DNA of 64,000 bases from Octopus sinensis (taxonomy: Eukaryota), in the NCBI RefSeq assembly GCF_006345805.1, contig NW_021836291.1, positions 372,001-436,000 on the forward strand. Reading direction: 5' to 3'. The notes beneath the pieces were generated by a model, which was not told where the DNA came from, searched no databases, and was given only the letters and a program-made list of their open reading frames with translations. A program made the translations under genes and the position numbers. Shown here one piece after another: positions 11,318 to 22,859 of the stretch (the stretch's first letter is position 1; each line of letters begins with the position of its first letter).

Positions 11318-11881
11318 TAATTTTTAATTTAATTTAACTATTATTCTTAAAACAGTAAATAACCCAAAACTCTATTAGAAAATCATATAAATCTAATTCC
11401 TAAAGATATTTAAATAATTTTTAAACGACACAAACTAAATTACTCAAACTTCATTGTTAAACAACTTGATCAAAATAATTTTATGTGTGCTGTTTTACTT
11501 GGAAGTTAAAGTCCTCAGAACCAAGTTTCTAGTTACTAAAAATCAATCAGAATAAGCGATCGTGGATTTAAAATTACCTCTTTAATAATTTACTTATTCT
11601 TCCCTAGGGTTTTAATTACGGAGCTATTTGGGCTCGATTGTCTTGTGAGCAGAAAAAAATCCAATTTATTTTAAATTAAAATCTGCCGTTTATTTATACA
11701 AAATTGTAAAGAACTTGTTGATTCTTGGAAAAGATTTCCCAGTTATCATTATTTATAGCAGATAGTATACGTGTACGTTATTACTTGATCTTTAAATCGG
11801 TGTATTGACTTTCAATAATGGAACTAAACTTTAAAAGTGCATCAAAATTAGATAGATAAATAAAATGCGCGTATCTAAGTA

Positions 11882-12259
11882 ATGTCCAACGATTTTCTTG
11901 GCCCGAATACTGTTGAAAAGGGAAGACCAAAAAGTGCCTCGATATTTCCTGACTTCAAAAGAAAAAAAACTAAAGAACCAGTTCAAGTCACCAAAGAAGA
12001 AAGATGGAGGTGGGCATTGAACCACCTCAAGGAAGCTTATCGGTTAATCGGAGATAAACTTGCTGGTTCTTCAGCATTAATTTCTGAGCTGAATTTTATT
12101 CAGTCATCGTACAAGTCAGAGGAGGGGACCAATCAAAGTATTAATGATCACATCGATGAATTGAAAGCCGAAGCTTGGGCATTGGATATTTTACAAATAT
12201 CGAAGAAAAAATCGAAATGTGCATGCTCTTGTTCATGTAAAATGGAGGATTATTACTAA
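11882..12259 (+). CDS. Hypothetical protein (125 aa; possible 24-nt intron near the 3' end)
   Basis: ATG-initiated ORF with higher GC than its flanks and protein-like composition; Cys cluster CACSCSC near the C-terminus; no family recognised. Confidence 0.5.
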   Translation: MSNDFLGPNTVEKGRPKSASIFPDFKRKKTKEPVQVTKEERWRWALNHLKEAYRLIGDKLAGSSALISELNFIQSSYKSEEGTNQSINDHIDELKAEAWALDILQISKKKSKCACSCSCKMEDYY

Positions 12260-12599
12260 GATCTCATTAAATCCTAATATTAGACTTTTATTTCACAAAA
12301 ATTAGTATCTTACATACACTAGTCTAAATGAAAAAATTCGAAAATTTTTTATCTACCATTCTGAGATCTGTTATGAAAAAGGATTCAAGAAAAGCCATGT
12401 TAGAAAATCCAAATAAACACGAAGGAAGTAAAATCTTTTGCTATGTATGCTCAAATGGGTGTCAACAACACAGAACATCCTTCCATTCTTTAAAGTTGGA
12501 TTGGCTTATTGCGAGACTGAAAAGCTTTCAGCTGTGATTACAGAAAAACTATATCAAAGGGCATTTAGAATAGTTGATATTTAAATGAAAAAATTCTCA

Positions 12600-13200
12600 A
12601 GCTTTGAATATCAGACTTTATATCAGAAAATTGTTTTTACTCTCAAATGGACCAATTTATCCAACGTTTCTTGTTTTTTTCCGGAGACGGCGGAAGAGCT
12701 TGATAGATTTGAGAACTTCCTCGGCAGACGGGGATGTTGCGAATGGCACTTTTTCGGGGAGTTCTTGCGGGCTGGAACACTGAACCGGCTGGCAACCTCG
12801 GCAGACGGGGATGTTGCGAATGGCACTTTTTCGGGGATTTCTTGCGGGCTGGAACACTGAACCGGCTGGCAAGTGCGGCAGGAAGGACAGTCCCAAATTA
12901 AGAGAGAGGCAGAAACGCGCCTGAAAAGACGCACGCAAGAAAGGTGGAAGAATCTGTCGCAACTAGAACAGACTCTCCCTTTCTTGCGGTTGTTACTAAC
13001 TTTGCAAGTAGAGCATAGAACAGATGTGGGTTGGAAACAGAAAGACTAAAAAGAGAGCAAGATAAAAACAATGAAAAAATGGATGACAAAGAGAAATGGA
13101 AAAAGAGAGAGAATAAAGAGAAATGGAAAGAGAGAGAGAATTATTGAATTAAATAACAAATAACAAATGAACAAATGAATACAAAAAGTACACCATTTGA
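12600..13200 (-). mobile_element. 5' fragment of a CRE-like retrotransposon with an N-terminal PHD finger
   Basis: CSTC...CSSCDRFFHLSC...WDCPSC (C4HC3), then LKSIKLFRRLRKKTRN, resembling the IPVLKRIPK-type motif in the 32830 element. Confidence 0.6.
12719..12872. repeat. Tandem duplication, 2 x 77 bp, GC-rich
   Basis: cctcggcagacggggatgttgcgaatggcac...accggctggcaa occurs twice, near-identical. Confidence 0.95.
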
Positions 13201-13455
13201 GGGGTTTTTTTCTACACTATTACCCTAATTAACTGTTGGTGATTCTTGGGTTGAAATAATAATAATAATTTTGATCTTTAAGACAAATTTCACTTTTAGA
13301 GAGTCGAATGTTAAATCTCAAAACAAGATCATTTGTAAAAATAATTCTTTTTTGAAATCAGAATTTTTATTGCCCGTTGAAGCTTGCCTGAATCTTTAAT
13401 AAGGACGGGAGGATACCTGATCATACCTGTACCTCTCCTAGTTGCTATTAGACTT

Positions 13456-13788
13456 CTACACACTAGGAAAGTTAGGATAACCAAGTAATGAATATGTTAT
13501 TAAATGTGTGTTGATTTTAGTTTTATTATTACGCAAGAACGCAAATACATGCATTACTAAAATATTTACTAATACTAAATTTTCAAAATTTCGTCTCGAC
13601 TCTGTGTACAGCCTTCTTCTCCTAGAGTCATCAAGAGAAGGTAGAATGGTCACTTGTTTTCGGTTATCAATTCGCAAGGGAGATTGTGAGTTATCCTTTA
13701 TTTGTACTTCGTCAAACTTCTTTTCTTTGTATAAAAGAATTGGTAGTCTGAGGGAAACCGGGTGCAGGTAAAGACAGCGTAAGTACAC
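13456..13788 (-). CDS. Possible exon(s) of an unidentified gene
   Basis: 110-aa ORF with hydrophilic, protein-like central part; no family recognised; splice structure unresolved. Confidence 0.25.
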   Translation of the reverse strand: MYLRCLYLHPVSLRLPILLYKEKKFDEVQIKDNSQSPLRIDNRKQVTILPSLDDSRRRRLYTESRRNFENLVLVNILVMHVFAFLRNNKTKINTHLITYSLLGYPNFPSV

Positions 13789-14329
13789 ATAAATTATTTT
13801 ATGAATAATTCCCAGTTCGTTTGGTAATAGGCCTTAGTTGTGCATTTTTTCCACTTAAACATGTTTTAAAAGATTCTTGGAAGTTATTTTAATATTAATG
13901 AGTGTAATCGTATTTCAGATTTTGTCGTAAAAAATATTTGTTTTGCGAGTTCTTATTGTTGTACGCACTCTTATTTCTACAAACCCATTATCTAAACCAA
14001 TTGGACTGAATGAGTTTTGAATTTTGTGGTCAGGCTAATTCCTAATTACATACACAGGTGGAAATGAGACACTTAAGAATTTCATTCTTCTGAGATAAAA
14101 GCTATTGAAATTTTTTCTACACTTTGTAGTCAACTGTCTTTTTTGTTGAATTTTGTTGATTGGATTTATTTCAGTTGATGGAAAGTTATTTGTTTTTATT
14201 TTGCCACGCTGCAGCTTTGATTCAAAAACGCAACAATAATAACGTTTGTTTGTATTATGGCAATGCTTCTCTCCGGGTAAATTTTTAATTAAATGGTTCC
14301 ACATTTTTAAGGCATTTTTATGGATAGTA

Positions 14330-14700
14330 GAAGGGTTGTATCTGGGCTGCCTCGAAAATGGCCTGTATTTAAGAGATACAATTCCATTATGTCATTGTGT
14401 TGCCCCAATCTCCCTGACATGGAGGAAGCCGGCGACTGTTAAGCGATGCATCTCAGAAATCCCGGATCGCTGCATGTAGTAATGACATTGGCAGTAATCC
14501 AGGACAGGAGAACAAATGGTGGATTGCGAAATTCGGCCCCAAGACACTCCGCTTCCTTCGCTCGCTCGGTCGACGGGTTTCAAGGACTAGCCACGATCCA
14601 AGAGAGTATTCTTGGCTCCTGGAACGTCTGTCGATTGCTGTGATCCGAGGGAACGGCTTCGCCATTCGCGAGGCTGGCCGGGTGTCTCGTGAGGCCTTTA
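14330..14700 (-). mobile_element. 3' fragment of an Ingi/Vingi-like LINE
   Basis: AIHHLFSCPG...RDF...VAGFL resembles the DLFSCPGP...GDLWERP C-terminus of the 35514-37661 element. Confidence 0.6.
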
Positions 14701-14861
14701 ATAAGCTTAGCTATCTTTTTACTTTTTGCCAATAATATAAACTTAAATTTTTTGCGAATTTGTGCTGGATTCCAAAGCTACACTGGATAAGAACGAGAAA
14801 TACGTGAAGGATTATAGAAATCTGCTAATTAATTATTTAAAATTTAAATATGGGTGATTTT

Positions 14862-15296
14862 AAAACCCTTCGGTAGGAACGCTAAGACCCTATTAACTGT
14901 ATATCATCAATTCATACAACCGACTCTAACCTACGCAAGCGAATTGTGGTTGATGGTCATCTCCCGCTCCTCCCAAATAAAATTATCCACAATTCATGAA
15001 GTCCCCAAAAGATTAATTGGCCGGAATCTTTTATCCAACACCCTGGAGGCAGTTCTCATCAAAAGATAACAAACAATTGTGAGGACAGCCTCTATTAGTG
15101 CGAGTCCCTTATACAAATCCTTGTTTAACTACCTCAAAAATCGTTCCTGTTTCGAGCTATCGACATGCCCTTTCTGAAAAGCAATCCAGGACTCTCATCC
15201 ACGTCCGACAAAACCTCCATTGACATTGTCTGGGATAACTTAGTTAGCTTGAACTTTTCTCTTTTTTCTATTTAGCCCGGTGATCCTGTGCAACAA
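14862..15296 (+). mobile_element. 5'-truncated LINE (435 bp) with a 17-bp target-site duplication
   Basis: taaatatgggtgatttt at 14845-14861 and 15297-15313; LLTVYHQFIQPTLTYASELW is an RT-thumb motif. Confidence 0.85.
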
Positions 15297-15624
15297 TAAA
15301 TATGGGTGATTTTTGATTACTAAATAAAATGAGGAATTGCCGTTTGATGAAATGATTCAAAGCTGCAATTATAGATCCTATGTTTCAGAAATCGCTAAGT
15401 AATAACCGTTTCAAATAGTTATAAGAAATCGGAAAAAGGCTACTTCTTATGGGAAGTATTTATAACCTAAATAACCAGAAAGCTACAAAAACATTTTACT
15501 TTTTATTATATTGTTAAAATTACATATTTCATAAACGAGTTGTTTTGAAAAATAATAGTTCAATGTTTAGAATACTTAAAATAGTAATCCGCTACTTCAC
15601 AAGATTGTTTTATTGAAAAGTCAT

Positions 15625-16950
15625 ATCATATTTTTCATTTTCCCAGTAATTATTTTCATTTGGGTCATGAAAATATTGAGAACCCGAATACATTGACTTG
15701 CATTCATGTGGATATTCTAATCCTCTTTAGTCTTCTTCAAAATAGAACTAAAATACCTCGAATTCATTTCCATTTGATTTAAAGTTTTTCTTCGTACTTT
15801 GGCTCTTCTGTTGGAGAACCAAATCTTAAAATGACAATTTATATTTGCTTTACTTGAACATTATTTTCACAAATATTCAAATTGTGTGACAATTTTTTAC
15901 GAACAGCTAAAGTGGGATACTGACATTTAATAAATTCTTAAAATTATTTTTTATTTTACCTTGTTCTAACACATTTTGTTGGTTTTTTGTATAGCAAGTT
16001 CTTTTTTTCCGTTGTTTATTTAATTTCATGTCTAATAAAAAAATAAGCTCCAATTAAAATATTATAATTAGAATCTATGCCAAAAATTGTTTCAAACAAG
16101 CAAAGACAATAATAGTCAGTTTAGATTGTCTCGTGACCCATAATGTATTATTTAATTTAATAGCACATCTAAGCACACACTTGACTATTATATCGACGAC
16201 CAATCAGGAAAAAGGAATATGCCGACCCAAGTTAAGTGTTCAATTTATTTAATTAAAATAGTGGATACTTCCCACGATGTTGTCTACGTGACTACATCAG
16301 CGCAATAACCATCAATACAAAAGTTATTGTAATCAGAATTAAGATCTTATTTTATATTTCTATTATTGACTCAACAATAAAAATGCAGCCAAATACCTTC
16401 TGAATTATCAAACTGTTTGTATTCAGGATTCGTTGTTGGAGCCCAAAAACAATGAAACTGACGTTCTTCATTATAATGTGATATATTTCTTAGCACACGA
16501 TTTATTGAAGATATCTAAACATTATTTAAACATAAATCAACACTGGGGATATTCGCATTCGAGCAGATTCCATCTTTCAGGAGCTTGTCTTTAATTTCCC
16601 AACCGAATAAGGATGGGCATGCATTTTTGTAATGGACAATGTGCTGCACCACAGAATGAGTCACCACTTTAGGTTTGCTTCCTCTCATTATTCGTGGTGC
16701 TACAGTTCCCGTTGTATTGTAACGATTAAGTATTTTGGATACACATCCATTCGTCACCTGTAAAATCCTGGAAATTTCACAGGCTCTCACGCCAGAGTAA
16801 AACATACGAACAATCTCCCATCTCCTGGACTCTGGAAGAGGCCTTCCATTTATAAAGTAGCCACCAAGTTGATTTACTGCAGTGAAATTAGAAAATGACA
16901 GAACCTCTTTCTGAACTGTTTTTAGATGGAGAACCGTTTTGGAAATTCAT
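15625..16950 (-). CDS. PAX6: Pax6: paired domain plus Ser50 homeodomain, multi-exon; 3' end approximate
   Basis: [15 protein letters not shown]...[17 protein letters not shown] (Pax6-type I42/Q44/N47)...[14 protein letters not shown]...NIPS|ISSINRVLR. Homeodomain [17 protein letters not shown]|[16 protein letters not shown]...NVQ|IWFSNRRAK. Introns 16515-16541, 15937-15959 and 15825-15853 at Pax6-like positions. Confidence 0.93.
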
Positions 16951-17999
16951 AAAATTGGTGAACTATTGCCGCTGGATTTCTATTTAAAATTTATCGCTTG
17001 CGTCCGATTCTTCGCTTTCAATTATAATCGAGATACTTAAATTGAGTAATAATTTAGTTTTGTTTAGGTTAAAGTCTAAAGTTGTTCACGGAGGTTATTT
17101 GTTGAAATTTATGAATGTAATTAAAAAATTATCATAAGAATGACTGACCAAATAAAGATAATAAATTCAAGTTAATTAGATATAATTGATTAATCAGGCA
17201 TTTATAACTTTACTAAATATCATTCTAAAACAGAGTTGGGAAATAATTTTGTTAAACACTTTTTCAAAGTAAATTTTTCATTTTTAAATACATATTAATA
17301 GTAAATTTGGAACAATTTTGTAACTCTCGATCAATGAGAATTTGAATTTAAAATAATTTTCTGTAATTTATGTAGTGAAATTCTCTTATATCCCCACCTC
17401 TCATTTCCAAGACCCCTCTGATAATCGCCACAAAAATATTTTTTAAATAAAAATTTCTGATATCCGTCGTGAATAATCAAAGATTTTTTTAATCAATCCG
17501 TGAATTTTGACATTAATGGAGCTATTTGCTTATTTTAGTTCTATTTTAACGGATATGAGAGATTACAGAATTTTTTAATAATTTTTTGTTGAATTACATT
17601 TTGATATTGACAAATTTAATTAATTTGATTGATATTTTCATTAGTTTAACAAACCGTGAATAAATTCGAGACATGGAATATGTGTTTATTTTAATTCAAT
17701 CCTATTAAACCATAAATTTATTTAATTTAAAAAGTATGACATTTGTGTTATTGTGTCTAGATTAATTTTTGTCTATATTTAAAGCAAAAAATTATAATTA
17801 GAGGTCTCTTGATTGTTCAAAATTAATATTTCTCCAATTATTTATTTAATTACTATATCAAGGCTTTCTTCAAAAATTATAGTAAGTTCTGATTGTAAAT
17901 AACACATCATATATAATCTTGTTTTTTTAAGTAGTCTCATTATAATAAAATTTACCAAAAAAAATAAAATTTAAAAATAACCGCTCATTATCTTAAATC

Positions 18000-18710
18000 A
18001 CGAATATCAGTTATGATCAACACCATTTTTCCGATATTCTCCGCTTCTTTAATTCGCTTCTATCCAACTTCGCGATCCCCAAAAGTATTCAGGAGCCTGG
18101 CTCACAGTCATCCCAATGGCGTCAGTCGGAACGTTACTGGATAAAGAATGCCTCCACATCGCAGTTTCTCGGCGCCTTGGATTGAACATCTGCCGTAAGC
18201 AGCAATACCGCTGCGGTCAGACAATTGACATCTTCGTTGGCCGTTTCCCTTGCCACTCTGAGCTCAATGATGCGGTAAGCCGTGTCCTGACATCTGCTGG
18301 ACTCCCTAATGTGTTGGAACCAGTCTGGTTGAATCACAAAAATGGAAAGCCCCCAAATAGCATGACAATATTCCCATTTGGGAAATGTCTCGGGATTCTC
18401 CGACACTTTCTTCTTCAACAATCTGATCTCGTAAGTTGCAACCCTGGCTCGGCGGCAAAATTCTCGGAGCTCACAAAATCAAGAAAATACTCGTCCCTAT
18501 CCAGAAATCAAATTTTTGCGCCAATAGCCGTGGAGACATTAGGGGTCATCGGTCCGGAATCACTTTCTTTCTTCGGGTGAGGACGAAGATCTCTAAGAAA
18601 AGTAAAAACCCCAACGAGACTCGTCATCTTTCCAAAGAGTCTCGTTGGCAAACGCTCGGGGAACAGCCAAGCCATTTTATGCGCGGAAATTCGAAATCGT
18701 GAAAATAAAT
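18000..18710 (+). mobile_element. CRE-like LINE 3' fragment (zinc knuckle and RLE endonuclease region)
   Basis: HSELNDAVSRVLTSAGLPNVLEP...KPPNSMTIFPF...KYSSL...FAPIAVETLGVIG. Confidence 0.8.
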
Positions 18711-20259
18711 TGTTCTACGTCTATTATTAAATTTTAACTATATTCCTAATTGATGACTTATATTTTTACAAAAAATGCTTTATACCACTATCTTTAAAGG
18801 TCACTTACGAAATATCTCTTTTAAAGGGAGATATGAAAAGCTCCCGGGGCAAAAGTGCAGTTGAGACCTTCTTAGTTCTCGTTTTCAAGCTCTCTAATCG
18901 CCCAATTCCTTGAATATTTTTTGTTATTTCCTTCTCTTGCTATTCTGTCAATAAAACCATATTCTTATTCTGTTACTGTTATATTTCTGACGAACCTTAA
19001 ACAATCACATTGATACTTGCTGATTTCATGCATCATGAAATAAGACTAAATAAATTAATGATATTTGTTTGAGAGCCTTATTTCTTGATGCATGATATCC
19101 AAAAGTACCGTCACACTATTTCACTTTGCTAGACAAGAATTTGTCTAAAATATATCATATTGATTCTCAGCCCTAGTAAAGTACCAGAAGTCAACAAAAT
19201 TCTCTAATAATAACTAAATTAGGCTACGTTTACTCATATCATAATTATTATCGTATCCTCTAGACATCGGAGAATCATGATTGACTGAATAGACTTTTTG
19301 AATTACAAAATTGTATAACTGACTAAACAAATAACCACAGCCCAGTACTCCTCCACCATTAGACATGTTTGAATTGTATGTCTAATAAATCTAGATAACG
19401 CCCAAGCCGATTACTCAAAAAATAAAAAAATAAATTATTTGCTTGGTAATTCAAAAGCAGTAAACAATTCGTGATAGCATTTAAGAGAGACCATTGCCTC
19501 TGTCTTAGCAATGCAGTCATTAGCTACATTAGCGACCAGTTGACTCGTAATCATCCCATTCTCCACGGCCTACTGGTAACACAAATCATAACATTCTGGT
19601 CAATATGTTCGATGGGCCATGCGTCATCGGCCACAACTTGTATCAAACTAGTCACCTCCAACTTGCCTGTACTAACTATGATTATTCCAACTATCAGAGT
19701 GAACCAAAAAAATGAACAATGCTGCCAGCCAGTGTGTATACTGACATTACACCTGGTAGTAGAGACTCGGCCAGTCGATTGCAGACCTCTATGGTCTTAT
19801 ACCCAGAAATTGTTGGGACTTTGACTTTAATAACAGGCTCGTAATAATAATAGATCTATAAATCACATTTATTACAAAAACATTAAAAGGAGTAGAGAAT
19901 GTCAAACACATCTTACTAAATTTTCTACGTGCAGTCAAAAGTAAACACATCACTTCACAAAAATTAACAATTTATTATTTAATCAAATTATAATTCGATT
20001 TATTCAAAAAATAGAATCATTAATAATCAAAAATTTTTTCTAGTTACTAAAAGTAGGTTTTGCATTGTATCCGTTATTTTACATTAAACTACATCATAGA
20101 AGACCCTACTAATGAGGTCGACTTGCGAAAAACTAGGTCTTTGAAATAAGAAGAATCTAACTTATGAACCCACAAGACACCAGTTCTTAATAAAAATATA
20201 TTAGTAAAAAGAAAACAGAATTTAGCTAATAAAACATTCTAAAATATATTTTTTCACCA

Positions 20260-20540
20260 CTTAGACTGGAGATTTGCCAGACTCACAAATGCCGGTGTTG
20301 GGGCCACCGTCAATTGTTATAGACACCACAATGAGGGCCAAGGAAGGCAAATATGAAGCGTTGCGAGACCAATTCGCGTTCTATCCGATTGTGGTCGAGA
20401 CAACTGGAGGAATAAGTAGGTTAGCCACATTAAAAAGCCACGAACACGTGAGACCCGGTGGCTTCTCCAGTTGATCTCTGAGAGGCAACGCTACGTCGAT
20501 AATGTTGGCGGGGTTCACTTTGGATGGATTGGTGTGTTAA
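20260..20540 (+). mobile_element. CRE-like LINE extreme 3' fragment
   Basis: AKEGKYEALRDQFAFYPIVVETTGG and, in another frame, LRGNATSIM. Confidence 0.7.
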
Positions 20541-20700
20541 CTTTTAATTATATCTGCTGGTATTCATTAAAATTGTTTACAACAAAAATATTATTTTTTC
20601 ACAATATTCTATATTTAGTTATTTTAGAATTATTCACTGGAAAACCCTCTACAGAATTTAAAATAAATAAGCGGCATTATTTAAAATTTTTGAAGTGGTG

Positions 20701-22691
20701 ATGGATAAGGTATCTGCAACTATTTACACTATATTATAATCTTAAAATTAATATATACAAAACAGAATTTAAAACCAAAACTTTTATCAAAAATCAAAAC
20801 TGGATCTAATCTTCCAAATCCTGGCAGACCAACCACAGCAACGGGCAAAGCAAGCTCAACTTTGACCAGACCAGCCACAGCATCGGGCAAAGCAAGCTCA
20901 ACTTTGACCAGACCAGCCACAGCAACGGGCAAAGCAAGCTCAACTTTGACCAGACCAGCCACAGCAACGGCCAAGGCAAGCTCAACTCTGGGCAAGCCAA
21001 CCTCTATTATGGGCAAATCAACCAGTTAATTAAGACTTTAAGTAAAACTCAGAGTCTACGACGTCGACTATAACGCCAATGGAAATAAGAAGGCGTATTG
21101 ACTATCTGGAAAAGAAAATCCCCGTAATCAAGTCGGAGAAGACATCTTCCGAACTTGAAACTGCAAAAAACGACCAAGAGCTTCAGGCGGAGATCAGGTT
21201 GGCCTAAATTTACATCGAAATAGTTCACTTCAATGTCAAATCGAAGAAATCCAAGCCCGAATTGCCTCAAAGGAGCAAATCACTTGCAGCCACAAAACAG
21301 AAATAGAGAAACTCAAAACTAAACGTCAGGAAATTGGCCATCACGAAAGGGAGGCAATTTTCAGATATGACGAGTCTGTGGTTTGTCCATGTCACTAAAG
21401 GATTTAGAAAAGTAAGGAGACTGCTGATCAGTTGGTTGTCAGCATAAGCGAAGACATTTCCTGGGGAGATCGAAGGCTTGTAGAGTTTGAGGCGGCGAGG
21501 AGATTTCAGCACAACCAAGTGCATGAATTGAAGGTGGGATAATTTTCTAAATGGAAGGGGAATATTCGTGTCTTCTGCAGAGTGAGGCCGTCCGAAGGGA
21601 CAGAGGAGTGCCTTCGCACTGACAATCCACGATGTATTTCAGTCAACAACCCGAATCTGGTTATTAGTACAATGACTAATATTGATAGACCAGTCGAGAC
21701 GGCGGCATGCTTGATTTTAAATTTGATAATGTTTTCCCACCAGAAACAAGTCAGGAGAAGGTGTTTGAACATGTGTCTGACAGTGTTCAGGTTTGTTTTG
21801 CTTATTGACTGCAGAGTGCCCTCGACGGTTACAATGTGTGCATATTTGCGTATGGACAGACTGGTTCCGGCAAGACCTTCACTATGGAAGGAGTCAAAGA
21901 TTCTCCCCGCCTGGCTGGACTGATTCCACGCGCCTTTGAGTATATTTTTTCTGCGGTAGAATGTTTGAGGAAGAACGGATGGGAGGTCAGTTTTATCTTT
22001 CAATTTCAGTATGAAATGACTGTCTCTGCGGTAGAGATTTACAACGAACGAATGATCGATCTGCTGAGTGAGAAGAAGGTTGGGAGGTCGGGCAATTCGA
22101 ATTCCCGGGGTACTTCCGTGCACATAAACGGGAGAGACGTGGTGCGGGTAGTCTCTCAGACTCAGGTTGGACTTGGTTTATAATCAGATTTCTGAATTGC
22201 TGAGGAGAGCCCAAGACAATCGGGCTGTTGGCGAGACTTTATGTAATGCGAGGTCATCTCGGTCACATTGTCTGTTTGAGTTGAGACTGAACGGGAGACA
22301 GGGCACGGGTCTGTCTTTGTGTGGGTCTCTCACTTTGGTGGATCTGGCTGGGAGTGAGAGGCTGAATCAGTCTGGAGCAGTGGGAGATCGTTTGACCGAG
22401 ACAAAGGCCATTAATCGTTCGTTGAGTGAGCTGGGGAACGTGATAATAGCCATTTCGAAGAAGAGTAAACACATTCCCTACAGAAACAGCAAGTTAACCC
22501 AGGCATTGCAATCCTCGTTGGGAGGCAATTCTAAAACTTTAATGTTTGTGAACGTCTCTTCCCAACTTGATAATATTAACGAGACTGTTTCCTCCCTCAG
22601 ATTTGCTGCCATGGTTCCCACTTGTGCAATGTTATGTTTGTAGGTAAACCACTGTCACATTGGAGTTGCCAATAAAGCTACTTTTAAATAA
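20701..22691 (+). CDS. KIFC1: Kinesin-14 (KIFC1/Ncd-like) C-terminal motor protein, multi-exon
   Basis: HNQVHELK|[59 protein letters not shown]|VNHCHIG; N-terminal tail and coiled coil. Start codon inferred. Confidence 0.92.
20826..20993 (+). repeat. Coding tandem repeat, 4 x 42 bp ([14 protein letters not shown]), in the kinesin tail
   Basis: Near-identical 42-bp units, in frame with the kinesin CDS. Confidence 0.95.
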
Positions 22692-22859
22692 AACATTTGT
22701 TATATTTTATATGTTGAAACCCCCTGCTTAATAATGTCTTGAATTTTGACCATATATTTAAAAATAAAAATGACTGATGGATGGCGAGTTTTGTAAATTG
22801 TCGTGCACAAATAAGTTGTTTCAATAAATGCTTTAACCACGATCTATAACACATCATTA

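Noticed and set aside
12719-12872. CRISPR-like or regulatory direct repeat
   Set aside because: Two abutting 77-bp copies with no spacer inside a retroelement ORF in a eukaryotic genome; an ordinary tandem duplication.
19471-19824. 117-aa ORF in a slightly GC-richer island
   Set aside because: No motif in any frame and no consistent splice model; probably unrecognisable TE debris.
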